Assembly: GCA_001856825.1 (NCBI GenBank)
Contig: ATMD01000004.1
Coordinates: forward strand, 319,919-383,918
Origin: Thermoplasmatales archaeon I-plasma
GTDB taxonomy: Archaea > Thermoplasmatota > Thermoplasmata > Thermoplasmatales > GCA-001856825
Direction of reading: 5' to 3'
DNA length: 64,000 bases
Part shown: positions 10,013-19,349 of the stretch, in pieces
Layout: every line of letters starts with the position of its first letter
Numbering within the stretch: the first letter of the stretch is position 1
The notes under the pieces: generated by a model
Database searches by the model: none
Seen by the model: only the letters and a program-made list of their open reading frames with translations
Told to the model about the DNA's origin: nothing
Program-made: the position numbers and the translations under genes

Positions 10013-11224
10013 TTGACGTATGTGGATTTCTCAGAAATAGGAGTTTCAGGCTATTACTACCAACTACCCCCATCTGGAGGTAAGCTCAGGGAAAAGTCTG
10101 AGGATTTCTACGTGGAGGAGCAGTTTGACCGCCTCGAGAAAAAGGAGGATGGGAATGTCCTAGTGCTTAAGCTAAAGGCCAGGAACTGGGAGCACAACAG
10201 ACTTATCAGGTTCGTTGCTCGCAGCAACCACGTTTCTCTGAACAGGATATACTTTTCAGGAACAAAGGACAGGAGAAGCGTCAAGGTCCAATACCTGAGC
10301 ATCCCGGGTGTGAAATACAGGGATTTTTCGTTGGAAGATGTGGAAATTCTGGAACATTTCTATCTCGATACCCCGCTGGCAGTGGGCACGCATTCAAGGA
10401 ATCGTTTCGTAATTAAGGTCTCCAACTCTGACGAGAATACCCTGATCTCAAACTGCAGGGCGGTAAGCGAGGGTGGAGTCGTACCAAATTTCTACGGTCC
10501 CCAGCGTTTCGGATCAGCTAGGCCGGTGACGCACTTGGTTGGGAGAGAAATTGTTAAAGGGAACTATCAGGAAGCTGTTAGAACGTTCGTTGGGTATCCA
10601 GGCCAAGATAGATTCGCGGATATCAGAAGGGAATACTACAACAATCCTGACCCGGGTGAAGGACTGAAGAACTTCCCCGAGTCGCTCGATCTTGAGAGGG
10701 AAGTCATGAAATATCTCCTGACACATCCCGATGATTATTCAGGGGCAATCAAGGTTCTACCCAGGAACCTTGTTTCCATGTTTGTGCATGCATACCAAGG
10801 ATACATGTTCAACAGGATATTGAGCAAGAGGCTGGAAATCAGCAAGTCGCTGATAATTGGGGATATCTACAGAAATGATGACGAATTCATAAAAGTCAAC
10901 AGCATGAATATTGAAAGGATGAGCTCAATGTTTAATAGAGGAGTTGGATCTCCGACTGGTTTAGTTGTGGGCTATGATACCGCCCCACTGGAGGGAAAGA
11001 TGGGGGAGATAGAGGGGGACGTCCTCAATCAGGAAGGCATCAACCCGGTAAATTTCAAACTCCCATTCGGATTAGGCTCTAAGGGGGAGAGGAGGGATCT
11101 ATTCCTGAGGTTCGAGAATATTCATTGCAGTGACTCTACCGTTGAGTTCTCCCTTCCACCCGGGGGGTATGCAACTTCAGTTCTGAGGGAGATAATGAGG
11201 ACAGAGGAAATGACAAATTACTAG
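10013..11224 (+). CDS. truD: tRNA pseudouridine synthase TruD/Pus7 family
   Basis: 403 aa, TTG start. FSGTKDRRSV matches the catalytic-Asp motif GxKD of the TruD family, and FYGPQRFG is also family-typical. Confidence 0.85.
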   Translation: MTYVDFSEIGVSGYYYQLPPSGGKLREKSEDFYVEEQFDRLEKKEDGNVLVLKLKARNWEHNRLIRFVARSNHVSLNRIYFSGTKDRRSVKVQYLSIPGVKYRDFSLEDVEILEHFYLDTPLAVGTHSRNRFVIKVSNSDENTLISNCRAVSEGGVVPNFYGPQRFGSARPVTHLVGREIVKGNYQEAVRTFVGYPGQDRFADIRREYYNNPDPGEGLKNFPESLDLEREVMKYLLTHPDDYSGAIKVLPRNLVSMFVHAYQGYMFNRILSKRLEISKSLIIGDIYRNDDEFIKVNSMNIERMSSMFNRGVGSPTGLVVGYDTAPLEGKMGEIEGDVLNQEGINPVNFKLPFGLGSKGERRDLFLRFENIHCSDSTVEFSLPPGGYATSVLREIMRTEEMTNY

Positions 11225-12342
11225 CTCCTCCGGAATACTGTGCCGCAACTATCGCACCTATAAACATCGTCATAAAAGAAAGTGACATTCTTGGAACCGC
11301 ACTTGGGGCACACGACTGACGTTTTCCCTATATTTTGGTTACCCTGATAAATCTGTGGCGATGACGCTGGGGTTGTGGAGAAAGTAGTTGGTATTCTTCC
11401 ATTCCTGCTCTGGAAAATCTTTACGATTTCAAGCAAGTAGAACAGAGATACTATGAGTCCCGCACCTAGGAAGATGAGTATGACAATTGAATAAAAATCT
11501 GTGGTTGCGACTGAGCCCAGGGGGCTGCCGTATATATTTGTAAGGACTAACCCGGGAGAATCTATTGAAAAATGGAACAGGACGTCTGCGTAGAGACCAA
11601 AACGCAGGAACAGGACACCAAGAAATACACCACCCAGTGCTGCTTGCGGTATCTTGGAAATACTCCATGATCCCGCATGAGCTATTCCAAATATTATGGA
11701 AGAAATTATGAGAAGAGTAATTTCAGGCTTTCCGAACTTGTATCCGCCACCCCAGATTATCCTCCACCACGGGAGCTTCTTAGGCTTGGATGGGGAAGCC
11801 TTCCCATGTGCACTCCAGGCATAATAGATGAATAGAGGGATACCTATATAAATGACCCTCGTTATAAGTTCCTCGTAGAGACCGGCATTCGTAAGCAAGA
11901 AGAAGTTGTAAACGAATTGAGCTGCACCGGTTGGTATTGGAGAGGTGATCGGGTGACCTATAAGCTGAACGAAAGCGATGTAAATTTCTGACAAAAACAG
12001 GTTAAGTGCAAAAAATTCTGCAATCCTGTAGAGCGCCGAATTTTCAAACCGTGGGATGGTTTTGTAAATTGAGATTAAAATGAATACTGCCACTACAACG
12101 GTAACTATTCCTATCCATACTGCCCAGAAATAATAAGGCGGGAAAAAAAGCCCTATCGCTTCGGGAAGCCCGATTATGACATATATTGGCGTCCTGAATT
12201 GTGAGCCTATGCTGGATGTGACATTTGCAATTGCTTGAAATCTAGATGAGTATATGGACGCAGTCATTATTACATCTAAGATCAACGTGATTAACCATAG
12301 AACCGCAAGAACTCCGATGAATGCCACATATCCCTTGTTCAT
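11221..12342 (-). CDS. CPBP (CAAX/Abi) intramembrane metalloprotease with C-terminal zinc ribbon
   Basis: 373 aa, many TM helices. CPBP motifs are EELITRVIY (EExxxR), FGIAH (FxxxH) and a later His in LFHFSID. The C-terminus has CPKCGSKNV...YRCDSCG (CxxC-x17-CxxC). Confidence 0.75.
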   Translation of the reverse strand: MNKGYVAFIGVLAVLWLITLILDVIMTASIYSSRFQAIANVTSSIGSQFRTPIYVIIGLPEAIGLFFPPYYFWAVWIGIVTVVVAVFILISIYKTIPRFENSALYRIAEFFALNLFLSEIYIAFVQLIGHPITSPIPTGAAQFVYNFFLLTNAGLYEELITRVIYIGIPLFIYYAWSAHGKASPSKPKKLPWWRIIWGGGYKFGKPEITLLIISSIIFGIAHAGSWSISKIPQAALGGVFLGVLFLRFGLYADVLFHFSIDSPGLVLTNIYGSPLGSVATTDFYSIVILIFLGAGLIVSLFYLLEIVKIFQSRNGRIPTTFSTTPASSPQIYQGNQNIGKTSVVCPKCGSKNVTFFYDDVYRCDSCGTVFRRS

Positions 12343-13310
12343 TTTGCCACTTTTTCCGCCTTTGACAGTAAAACATCATTTAATATTGTTGCTGCAGACT
12401 CAGTGGGTCCATCGTGGTCCGTAAACAGTGTTAGATGATTCAATACGTCCGTGTTGAACCTTATCAGCATTGCAGGTCCTCTTGCGCTCGAATAGATACT
12501 CTTCCCATCAATTTCTTGATACTTTACTGAAACACCTTTCGAAGTTACTTCAGTAACCTGTCTTAGGCCTCCAGCAATATCGTGTTCACGGCAGGAAATG
12601 GCCGCATCCTTGAGCGTGAGAGACGACCCAAATATTCTCCTGTGCAGAATTGTTCCTTTTCTTGCTGAATCAATTCCTGCGAGGTCATCGCTCTGGTCCC
12701 TCTCGGCTATGCCGATCCTCATTGCCTCGCTCCTTGCGAAAGATTGACTCTTTCCCTCCTCCATCTGCGAGATCACAAAAGTGCTAGTCGCATTGAATAT
12801 CCCTTCCACTGCAATGATTTTGGCTGGTTTCATGCAATAGTCCATAAGATTGAAGACTGGAAGTCCTCCGCAGACCGTTGCCTCATATCTCAGTGACCTC
12901 TTCATTTCCTTTGCAGTGCCAATCAGATCAAAGTCTGATACCAGAACACTCTTGTTTGCAGTTACAACATCCTTTCCACTATCGAAGGCGGCCAGTATGT
13001 GGTCAATACCTGGTCTTCCGTCCTTGGTGCTCTGAGTAATCTCAACTACTAAATCTGATTCAAGGTCGGAGATGGCACTTCTGGCATTTATCTTCTCAAA
13101 TGAATCCAAAGTTCTCAACCCTCCTGCCTCCTTTGCTTGAATGATTCTCGAAAGTGGCATCCCGTCAGTTATGACTGTTCCTGTGGTGTCGCTTACAGAA
13201 ACAACCTCTAATTTCTCCCCCAGTGATTGCCCAATCGTAGGGGCCTTCTCACTTATAAGCTTCAGTAAGTTCTTTCCAATTGAACCCAATCCGATCAACT
13301 GGACTCTCAT
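12339..13310 (-). CDS. hom: homoserine dehydrogenase
   Basis: 323 aa. N-terminal Rossmann LIGLGSIGKN, VVTANKS and YEATVCGGLPV motifs. The stop overlaps the CPBP start by 4 nt (ATGA). Confidence 0.85.
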   Translation of the reverse strand: MRVQLIGLGSIGKNLLKLISEKAPTIGQSLGEKLEVVSVSDTTGTVITDGMPLSRIIQAKEAGGLRTLDSFEKINARSAISDLESDLVVEITQSTKDGRPGIDHILAAFDSGKDVVTANKSVLVSDFDLIGTAKEMKRSLRYEATVCGGLPVFNLMDYCMKPAKIIAVEGIFNATSTFVISQMEEGKSQSFARSEAMRIGIAERDQSDDLAGIDSARKGTILHRRIFGSSLTLKDAAISCREHDIAGGLRQVTEVTSKGVSVKYQEIDGKSIYSSARGPAMLIRFNTDVLNHLTLFTDHDGPTESAATILNDVLLSKAEKVAK

Positions 13311-13445
13311 GTTTAATGAATAGTGCCTGATATTATTATTTTATTTAGCTATCAACTATCTTCCACTGTTTTTCGTTTGTTAAGAACCGCTGAAGATTGA
13401 TTTAAAAGGCAGAAACATTAAATCTCGGTATTTTAATCTTCAATC

Positions 13446-14108
13446 ATGAGCGAAGACAGGGTACTTCCTTCTCTCGCGAAGAGCACGGATGAGTACATGG
13501 CTGCTTTCGAGCTTTTCAACGACGGTTATCTGGAGGAAGCAGAAAAACATGCAAGAAAATCGATAGAGATCAAGAAGAATATAGATGCCCTCATCCTGCT
13601 TATAGACATCCTGGAAAGGCAGAACAAGGATTCCAGCAGTTACCAGAAAATGCTCCTTGACAACTATCCCACAAATCCTGACACATACAGAAGATTGTTC
13701 CAATCAAACTATGCTTCAAACAAGGATGATGCCCTAACATACATAAACAAGGCCATAAATTTACTGAAGAAGCCTATATATTATTACGACAAGTCCAGAT
13801 TGCTATACTCTATGGAAAGACATCTCGAAGCACTTGCATCTGTTGATATGGCTATCAAGATGGAGAACAGGAACCCTTCGTTCTGGAATCTGAGGGCGGA
13901 GATTCTTGTCAAACTGAACAGGGTGAATGATGCTAAGGAGTCTTGCGAGGTATCTCTTAAAATAGACCAGAGAAACAGGGATGCAATTGTTACCCTTGCC
14001 AGAATCTATATCAACTTGGGGGAGAAGGCGACTGCCAGGGACCTGTTGCTTAAGATTGACGAACGGGACGACGAAATAAAGAAACTGCTAGAAGAAACTA
14101 TTTCCTAG
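13446..14108 (+). CDS. TPR-repeat protein
   Basis: 220 aa. Repeated about 34-aa helical units with A/L/Y/N periodicity (for example EALASVDMAIKMENRNPSFWNLRAEILVKLNRVNDAKESCEVSLKIDQRN). Confidence 0.65.
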   Translation: MSEDRVLPSLAKSTDEYMAAFELFNDGYLEEAEKHARKSIEIKKNIDALILLIDILERQNKDSSSYQKMLLDNYPTNPDTYRRLFQSNYASNKDDALTYINKAINLLKKPIYYYDKSRLLYSMERHLEALASVDMAIKMENRNPSFWNLRAEILVKLNRVNDAKESCEVSLKIDQRNRDAIVTLARIYINLGEKATARDLLLKIDERDDEIKKLLEETIS

Positions 14109-15340
14109 GCGCCATATTTCTCTGCCCTGTTGGCTGAGCTCAGCAGAACGTTCATCAGGTCTGCCCCTCTTAGCCTCAGGTACCCGTGGATTGCCTTTAT
14201 CTCGTCGAATACTCCAACCCCGTCTCTTCTGCATCCAGGGCATCTAATGAGAATTGGAACAGGATCAGATGTATGTTCTTTTACACTTGCCGGAGTTGAA
14301 TGATCGCCTGTGAAGCAGATGACTGTATCGTCCCTTATTTTCATTACGGTATCACCCATCGCTTCATCTATCTTCTCGATGAATTCCTTCTTTGCAATCC
14401 CATTCCCGTCATGGCCAGCTATGTCTGTCCCCTTCACATTTACCAATACAAAGTCAACCTCATTCAGAGCTGAAACGGCAGCAGAGAATTTCTTCTTCAC
14501 GTTTGTGTCAGTAGATCCAGTGACTCCTGGAGGTGTGAAGTCCTTCAGGCCTACCAACCTGCAAATACCGGATACAAGTGCTACCCCGGCAATGTATCCA
14601 CCCTTCAAATTATACTTCTGGTTGAAGTTAGGGAGTATGGGGACCTGCCCCCCACCTCTATAGAGGATTGCATTTGCTTCGTTCAATCCTTCTGCCCTCC
14701 TCTTCTTGTTTACCGGTTCATCTCTTAGTATGTCAAGGGACCGTCTGTAGAACTCATTTAGAATTCTTGCAGTCTTTACTCCTCTTTCCGTCGTCGGGGC
14801 TATATCCCTTGGCTTTAGGTTCTCTGCATGTGGATCATTATCTGATACATCCGTCGTAATACCTTCTCCCCTGAGAACAAGGGCTGCCCTGTGCTCCGTT
14901 CCCTCCTTGAATAGAACATCAACATCCTCAATCTTCATGTTAAGGCGCTTTGCCAGGTCAGAGGTGCCATCCCTTATCCTACCCGCCCTTCTGTCCTTCA
15001 CGACGCCGTTGCTATCTACTGTTGCAAAATTTGCACGGAACGCAACATCCCCACCCTTTAGTGTTAGTCCTGTACCCATCGCCTCAAAAGGGCCCCTCCC
15101 AGTATAGTATTTGAATGGGTCATATCCAAGATAATTCAGGTGTGATGTATCTGAACCAGGAATTATGCCAGGCTGTATCGGATCGATGAGACCTACCATT
15201 CCCTCAATTGCCAAAGTGTTCAGATTTGGCTTCCTTGCGGCCTCTAGCGATGTCTTGCCGTCGAAATCCTTCAATGGCCGGTCTCCCAGGCCGTCTGCTA
15301 TGATCAATAAAATCTTCATCAATTGGGATGCAATCTTCAT
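14105..15340 (-). CDS. apgM: 2,3-bisphosphoglycerate-independent phosphoglycerate mutase, archaeal type
   Basis: 411 aa. IIADGLGDRP near the N-terminus and FTGDHSTPASVKEHTSDPVP near the C-terminus are hallmark ApgM motifs. Confidence 0.9.
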   Translation of the reverse strand: MKIASQLMKILLIIADGLGDRPLKDFDGKTSLEAARKPNLNTLAIEGMVGLIDPIQPGIIPGSDTSHLNYLGYDPFKYYTGRGPFEAMGTGLTLKGGDVAFRANFATVDSNGVVKDRRAGRIRDGTSDLAKRLNMKIEDVDVLFKEGTEHRAALVLRGEGITTDVSDNDPHAENLKPRDIAPTTERGVKTARILNEFYRRSLDILRDEPVNKKRRAEGLNEANAILYRGGGQVPILPNFNQKYNLKGGYIAGVALVSGICRLVGLKDFTPPGVTGSTDTNVKKKFSAAVSALNEVDFVLVNVKGTDIAGHDGNGIAKKEFIEKIDEAMGDTVMKIRDDTVICFTGDHSTPASVKEHTSDPVPILIRCPGCRRDGVGVFDEIKAIHGYLRLRGADLMNVLLSSANRAEKYGA

Positions 15341-15349
15341 AAAATAAAT

Positions 15350-16081
15350 TTATCTGAGAAATACCAGTACTCCCACGACTGTCGCAAACAGTGCTGAAAG
15401 GAAATTTACTGAGTACTTTGTAAGATATCCCCTATTTTCCAGAGTCTCCCCTAGAACTGAATCAAAAAGGCACCCCGCGAATGCCAGAATTCCTGACAGG
15501 AAAGTGAGATCAAGTAAATAGATGAGGGGAATGGACGTAAGTACTCCGTAGATAATGTATCCCAGTATTGAGAAAAAGATTGGAAAGACAAATGATACTA
15601 CTGTCCCCAGTATTGAAATGCCTCCATTTATGCCTGTTTCTGCCGGCTTTAGCGTGAGGATCATGTAAGTGTTCTCATCCAGAGAACCTATTTCGGATGC
15701 AGCAGTGTCAGAAAGTATTGTGCCCAACGCAACTAGATACAGGAAAAAAACTAGTTTCGGGCTTATGCTCCAGAAACTCAGCAGAGAAATCGCTGCTGGA
15801 AGGGCACCTGCGGCCACTACGTTCCTTGCCCCTCTTTCACCCTTTATCCCCTCCTGCAGGCTCCAGCTTCTCTTCTTTTCAAACCCTGCCAAGGTAGAAA
15901 TGTAAGAAAGGCCTAGGAACAGGAAGAGCATCACGAAATACAGCCAACCTCCTCCAATGATTATCAAAGAGCCTATGACTCCAGCGGCGATAGCCCCCTC
16001 ACGACTGAATGCCTTGATTCTCAGCCCAAGCACAAAAAGGAAGGGAATCACTACGAGGAGGACTAGGTTGTACACGTCCAT
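15350..16081 (-). CDS. DUF92/TMEM19-like integral membrane protein
   Basis: 243 aa, about 7 hydrophobic helices, Gly/Ala-rich membrane protein resembling the DUF92 family. The assignment is from overall composition and length only. Confidence 0.5.
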   Translation of the reverse strand: MDVYNLVLLVVIPFLFVLGLRIKAFSREGAIAAGVIGSLIIIGGGWLYFVMLFLFLGLSYISTLAGFEKKRSWSLQEGIKGERGARNVVAAGALPAAISLLSFWSISPKLVFFLYLVALGTILSDTAASEIGSLDENTYMILTLKPAETGINGGISILGTVVSFVFPIFFSILGYIIYGVLTSIPLIYLLDLTFLSGILAFAGCLFDSVLGETLENRGYLTKYSVNFLSALFATVVGVLVFLR

Positions 16082-16222
16082 ATATGGGTCTCAAATTCGT
16101 ATATTTTATATATCTCTTGTTATCTGAATCTAGGTTGCTCAATATTACATTTCAAAATCGAGTATTCATCAACTCCCTCAAGTATCTCTACAAAAGTGTT
16201 ATTACTCCTTTCATAATTTGCT

Positions 16223-16957
16223 TTGGTGCCCACTGACGAAATTCGCAAATGCATGGTCCATGGCTACTACAGGGGTCATGACTGCCCTTCCTGCGGCGAA
16301 GAGGGAAAATTCGTACTCTCAGAAGAGGAAGTGGACATGCTGGGAAGAATTATAACAGGAATACTGAGGCACAAACCTGAGAAATATCATCTAGAAATTT
16401 CTGATAGGGGATATGTCAATATTGACGAAATGGTCCAGGAAATACGATTCTACTACAGGAGGTTCCATTTCGTCGGTCCTTCGCATATATTCGCAATCAT
16501 CCTTACCGATCAGAAGGGAAGGTATCAGCTAAGCGACAATAAAAGGTACCTTAGGGCTACATATGGGCACTCAATTGATGTTGACTTGACAGACCTCCCC
16601 ACCGACGGAGTACCAGAGATTCTTTACTACCCAACAAACAAGGAGGAGTTTGAAATCCTTAGGGAAAACGGGATCCTTCCCTCAGATAGGCGCTGGATAC
16701 ATCTTTCCAGTTCTAAGGAAAAAGCATACATTGCCGGTCTCTATCATTTTGACGAACCACTCGTGATACCCATAAGGAGCGAGGCCATAATCACTGGAGG
16801 GGAGAACATATACCACGCGGGCCAGGAAGTCTTCATCTGCAAGTTTGTCCCACCTGAAAGCATGCAGGAACCGGAACCGTACGACGGCCAGATAGATAAA
16901 GAAACCTTGAAGGAAATAAAGTTTTCAAAAGAGAAGAAGATAAGGGCGAAGCAATAG
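16223..16957 (+). CDS. kptA: RNA 2'-phosphotransferase (Tpt1/KptA) with N-terminal Cys/His knuckle extension
   Basis: 244 aa, TTG start with an in-frame ATG at 16253. Tpt1 motifs are GILRHKPEKYHL, RATYGHS and WIHLSS. The N-terminus has C-x2-H-x5-H-x-C-x2-C. The last base of the TAG stop is base 1 of tRNA-Ala. Confidence 0.85.
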   Translation: MVPTDEIRKCMVHGYYRGHDCPSCGEEGKFVLSEEEVDMLGRIITGILRHKPEKYHLEISDRGYVNIDEMVQEIRFYYRRFHFVGPSHIFAIILTDQKGRYQLSDNKRYLRATYGHSIDVDLTDLPTDGVPEILYYPTNKEEFEILRENGILPSDRRWIHLSSSKEKAYIAGLYHFDEPLVIPIRSEAIITGGENIYHAGQEVFICKFVPPESMQEPEPYDGQIDKETLKEIKFSKEKKIRAKQ

Positions 16958-17028
16958 GGCTGGTAGATCAGCGGAAGATCGCCTGCTTTGCAAGCAGGAG
17001 GTCCGGGGTTCAAATCCCCGCCAGTCCA
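16957..17028 (+). tRNA. tRNA-Ala (anticodon UGC)
   Basis: Folded by hand into a 72-nt cloverleaf. Acceptor GGGCTGG/CCAGTCC carries the G3:U70 alanine identity pair. D stem GATC/GATC. Anticodon stem CCTGC/GCAGG with loop TTTGCAA. T arm CGGGG-TTCAAAT-CCCCG. Discriminator A. CCA is not encoded. Confidence 0.95.
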
Positions 17029-17051
17029 TCTTAAAATGAATGAAAAATGAC

Positions 17052-17603
17052 CTAGTAAAGATCATTTGACTTAATCACGTCTGCAAACTCTCCGTCTATG
17101 GATGCAAGATTGACCCTGTGTACATCCTCAGGCGGTATTTTATCTCCGTTGAAATCCTTCCTTTCAAAGGTTGCACAGGCGTCCTCTATAACGTAGCTTC
17201 TGAACCCAAGGTTTCCAGACATCCTTGCAGTTGCACTTACGCAGTGATCTGTCACCAATCCTGCATAGAAAACCTGCGGGTCCCTCATCTTTCGAAGCGT
17301 GCTCTCCAGATCTGTTCCTATGAACGCGCTATTTGCGTGTTTCGTGATTACCATTTCTCCCTTTACTGGCTTAACTTCATCCTTGAATTCGAACGTCTCC
17401 TTTCCCACCTTGAAAATAGAGTCGGGGTTCATTGAATCGTGCCTGACGTGAATAACTGTCCTTCCGCTTCCCCTGAATTCGTTAATAAGTTTGGATATAA
17501 CCTTCTCCGCATTTGGGTTGTTCCTTCTTCCAAAATTAGGATTTATCCACGCCTTCTGAACATCTATTACAACCAGGACGGCATTTTTTTCTAACTTGAC
17601 CAT
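17052..17603 (-). CDS. isochorismatase-family hydrolase (nicotinamidase-like paralog)
   Basis: 183 aa. VLVVIDVQ at the N-terminus and GLVTDHCVSATAR (catalytic Cys context) are typical of cysteine hydrolases. Confidence 0.8.
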   Translation of the reverse strand: MVKLEKNAVLVVIDVQKAWINPNFGRRNNPNAEKVISKLINEFRGSGRTVIHVRHDSMNPDSIFKVGKETFEFKDEVKPVKGEMVITKHANSAFIGTDLESTLRKMRDPQVFYAGLVTDHCVSATARMSGNLGFRSYVIEDACATFERKDFNGDKIPPEDVHRVNLASIDGEFADVIKSNDLY

Positions 17604-17748
17604 TCATTCCATCAATCAACTTTTGCTAATTAAGCTATTGATTCTATCCAGCTTGTCTGCCGGGGATAGCATGGCTGGGTAGAATTGAATCTTCCAGAAT
17701 CTCACAAATGGTTAAATTCTCAGAGTCTTTTTCCAGTGATCATTCCCT

Positions 17749-17833
17749 GCCGGGGTAGCCTAGTCCGGCCAAGGCGATAGATTCGAGATCTATTGCTCGT
17801 GAGAGCTCGGGAGTTCAAATCTCCCCCCCGGCG
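17749..17833 (+). tRNA. tRNA-Ser (anticodon CGA)
   Basis: 85-nt cloverleaf. Acceptor GCCGGGG/CCCCGGC. D stem GCCT/AGGC. Anticodon stem ATAGA/TCTAT with loop TTCGAGA. Long variable arm (GCTC-GTGA-GAGC) typical of Ser. T arm GGGAG-TTCAAAT-CTCCC. Discriminator G. Confidence 0.95.
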
Positions 17834-18162
17834 CTCATGCCTTCGCTTATCAAGGGGCAGTTTGTTTTTGTAGTAAACTAATTCACCAGCTGGAATATTT
17901 TTCGCCTTGAGACGACAATCGGCCAATCTGAACATCCTATTCATTAATGGGTGGCCCTTGGGAATCATGAAGTATTTGGGAGCATAGACCTTGAGCATAC
18001 TTGATTATTTTTAGGTCTAACCAGCCCAAACGTGAATTCTGCGCCTTTTTATAAAAGACTATTGTTGCTAAATAACCGTACATATCCTGCCGATGGTTTG
18101 GGCATGCTCATATCTTGAAAGAAAAGGTGATAAAAAAATAAAGTGATAAAAAAGGAGTTAAT

Positions 18163-19284
18163 TTAAAAGATTACCCAACACCGCTGAATGATTGGTAGTC
18201 TACAGACACATTCTCGAAAATGTTGCCTATGTAAGCTCCATTGTTTGGCATTTGCTACCCAGATGCCTATTGCTTCATCGACAATAGTGTTGTCAATCAC
18301 TGTGTTTCCCTGTGCTATCGGAGGTGCAGGCTTCTCAGTCTGTGGGATGAGGTTCGCATATATCGCTATACCGTTTGGAGCAGGGGCAAGATTGAGATCA
18401 GATGCATTGTCAAACGGTGGATTGTTCAGTCTTTGGAATGCACCTAGCTTCACATAATTACCTGCTATTTCATTGCCTATGTCGGCCGCACCTGGTGCTT
18501 CAGCATTAACTATTATTCCGTCTTCAAGTCCTCCTATGACAGTATTGTCGAGTACAACATTGTTTACCGCAGACGAGAACGGGAAGTCAGCCGCAACCAC
18601 TATGGTTCCTACGCTTAAACCTGTTGGACCGTGTGAAGTCAAGAAGTCACCCATTACTACGTTGTTAAACACCCAGTTGTTAGCAACTGTTTGTCCAGGA
18701 CCCCATGCTGCAACCACAATGCCACATCCCTGCGAGTCATTTGCAACGTAGTTGTCCGCTATGAAGTTGTTGTCACCGCTTGCGTTGACATCCGGTATAG
18801 GAAGGCCGGTTGGTACTAGCGAAGAACTGCTGTATACCGAGATTCCACCGTCACCAGCGCTTCCAGTAATCCTATTTCCCACGATGTATGAATTTGAGAC
18901 ACCGTAGAATCCGACTTCCTTATTGTCAGGTATAGCAGGATCCGCATGCTGAACGTTGTTGCTGATGTTGCTGTACATCACAGATATTCCGGAAGTGTCG
19001 ACGGCTATGACTCCGTGGTCCGAAGCTCCGAATATGTGTGCATGGTATATCAGTACATCTGTGACTCCTGGACCTATGTAGACACCAAAGGTGTAGCCTG
19101 TTGCATCCACCTGTCCCGTTATCACCTCGCCAGAGTATGCTATCACTTTCGCCGTTAGATTCCCTACGCCTATTGGTCCTGAACTAGGACCCTGTGCGTT
19201 AACTACCGTAGTGGTCGCAAAGAGTGCCATAGAGGCTACGAGCAATGCGATTCCTATGGTTGCCACTTTAACTGCATTTCTCAT
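18163..19284 (-). CDS. secreted right-handed beta-helix repeat protein (pectin-lyase-fold/NosD-like surface protein), 3' end probably frame-shifted
   Basis: 373 aa. N-terminal signal/anchor VKVATIGIALLVASMALFA. Repeated N/G/I/V-rich about 22-aa units (NNWVFNNVVMG, NNVVLDNTVIGG, GNTVIDNTIVDE). The last about 25 aa (KQWSLHRQHFRECVCRLPIIQRCWVIF) look non-native. The adjacent frame continues the repeat and ends at 18171. Confidence 0.65.
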   Translation of the reverse strand: MRNAVKVATIGIALLVASMALFATTTVVNAQGPSSGPIGVGNLTAKVIAYSGEVITGQVDATGYTFGVYIGPGVTDVLIYHAHIFGASDHGVIAVDTSGISVMYSNISNNVQHADPAIPDNKEVGFYGVSNSYIVGNRITGSAGDGGISVYSSSSLVPTGLPIPDVNASGDNNFIADNYVANDSQGCGIVVAAWGPGQTVANNWVFNNVVMGDFLTSHGPTGLSVGTIVVAADFPFSSAVNNVVLDNTVIGGLEDGIIVNAEAPGAADIGNEIAGNYVKLGAFQRLNNPPFDNASDLNLAPAPNGIAIYANLIPQTEKPAPPIAQGNTVIDNTIVDEAIGIWVANAKQWSLHRQHFRECVCRLPIIQRCWVIF

Positions 19285-19349
19285 GATTTTTTATGAACTA
19301 CGGGTAATTAACAGATGGTTTTACGAATTTTACGTAAAAGTAAGAGTTA

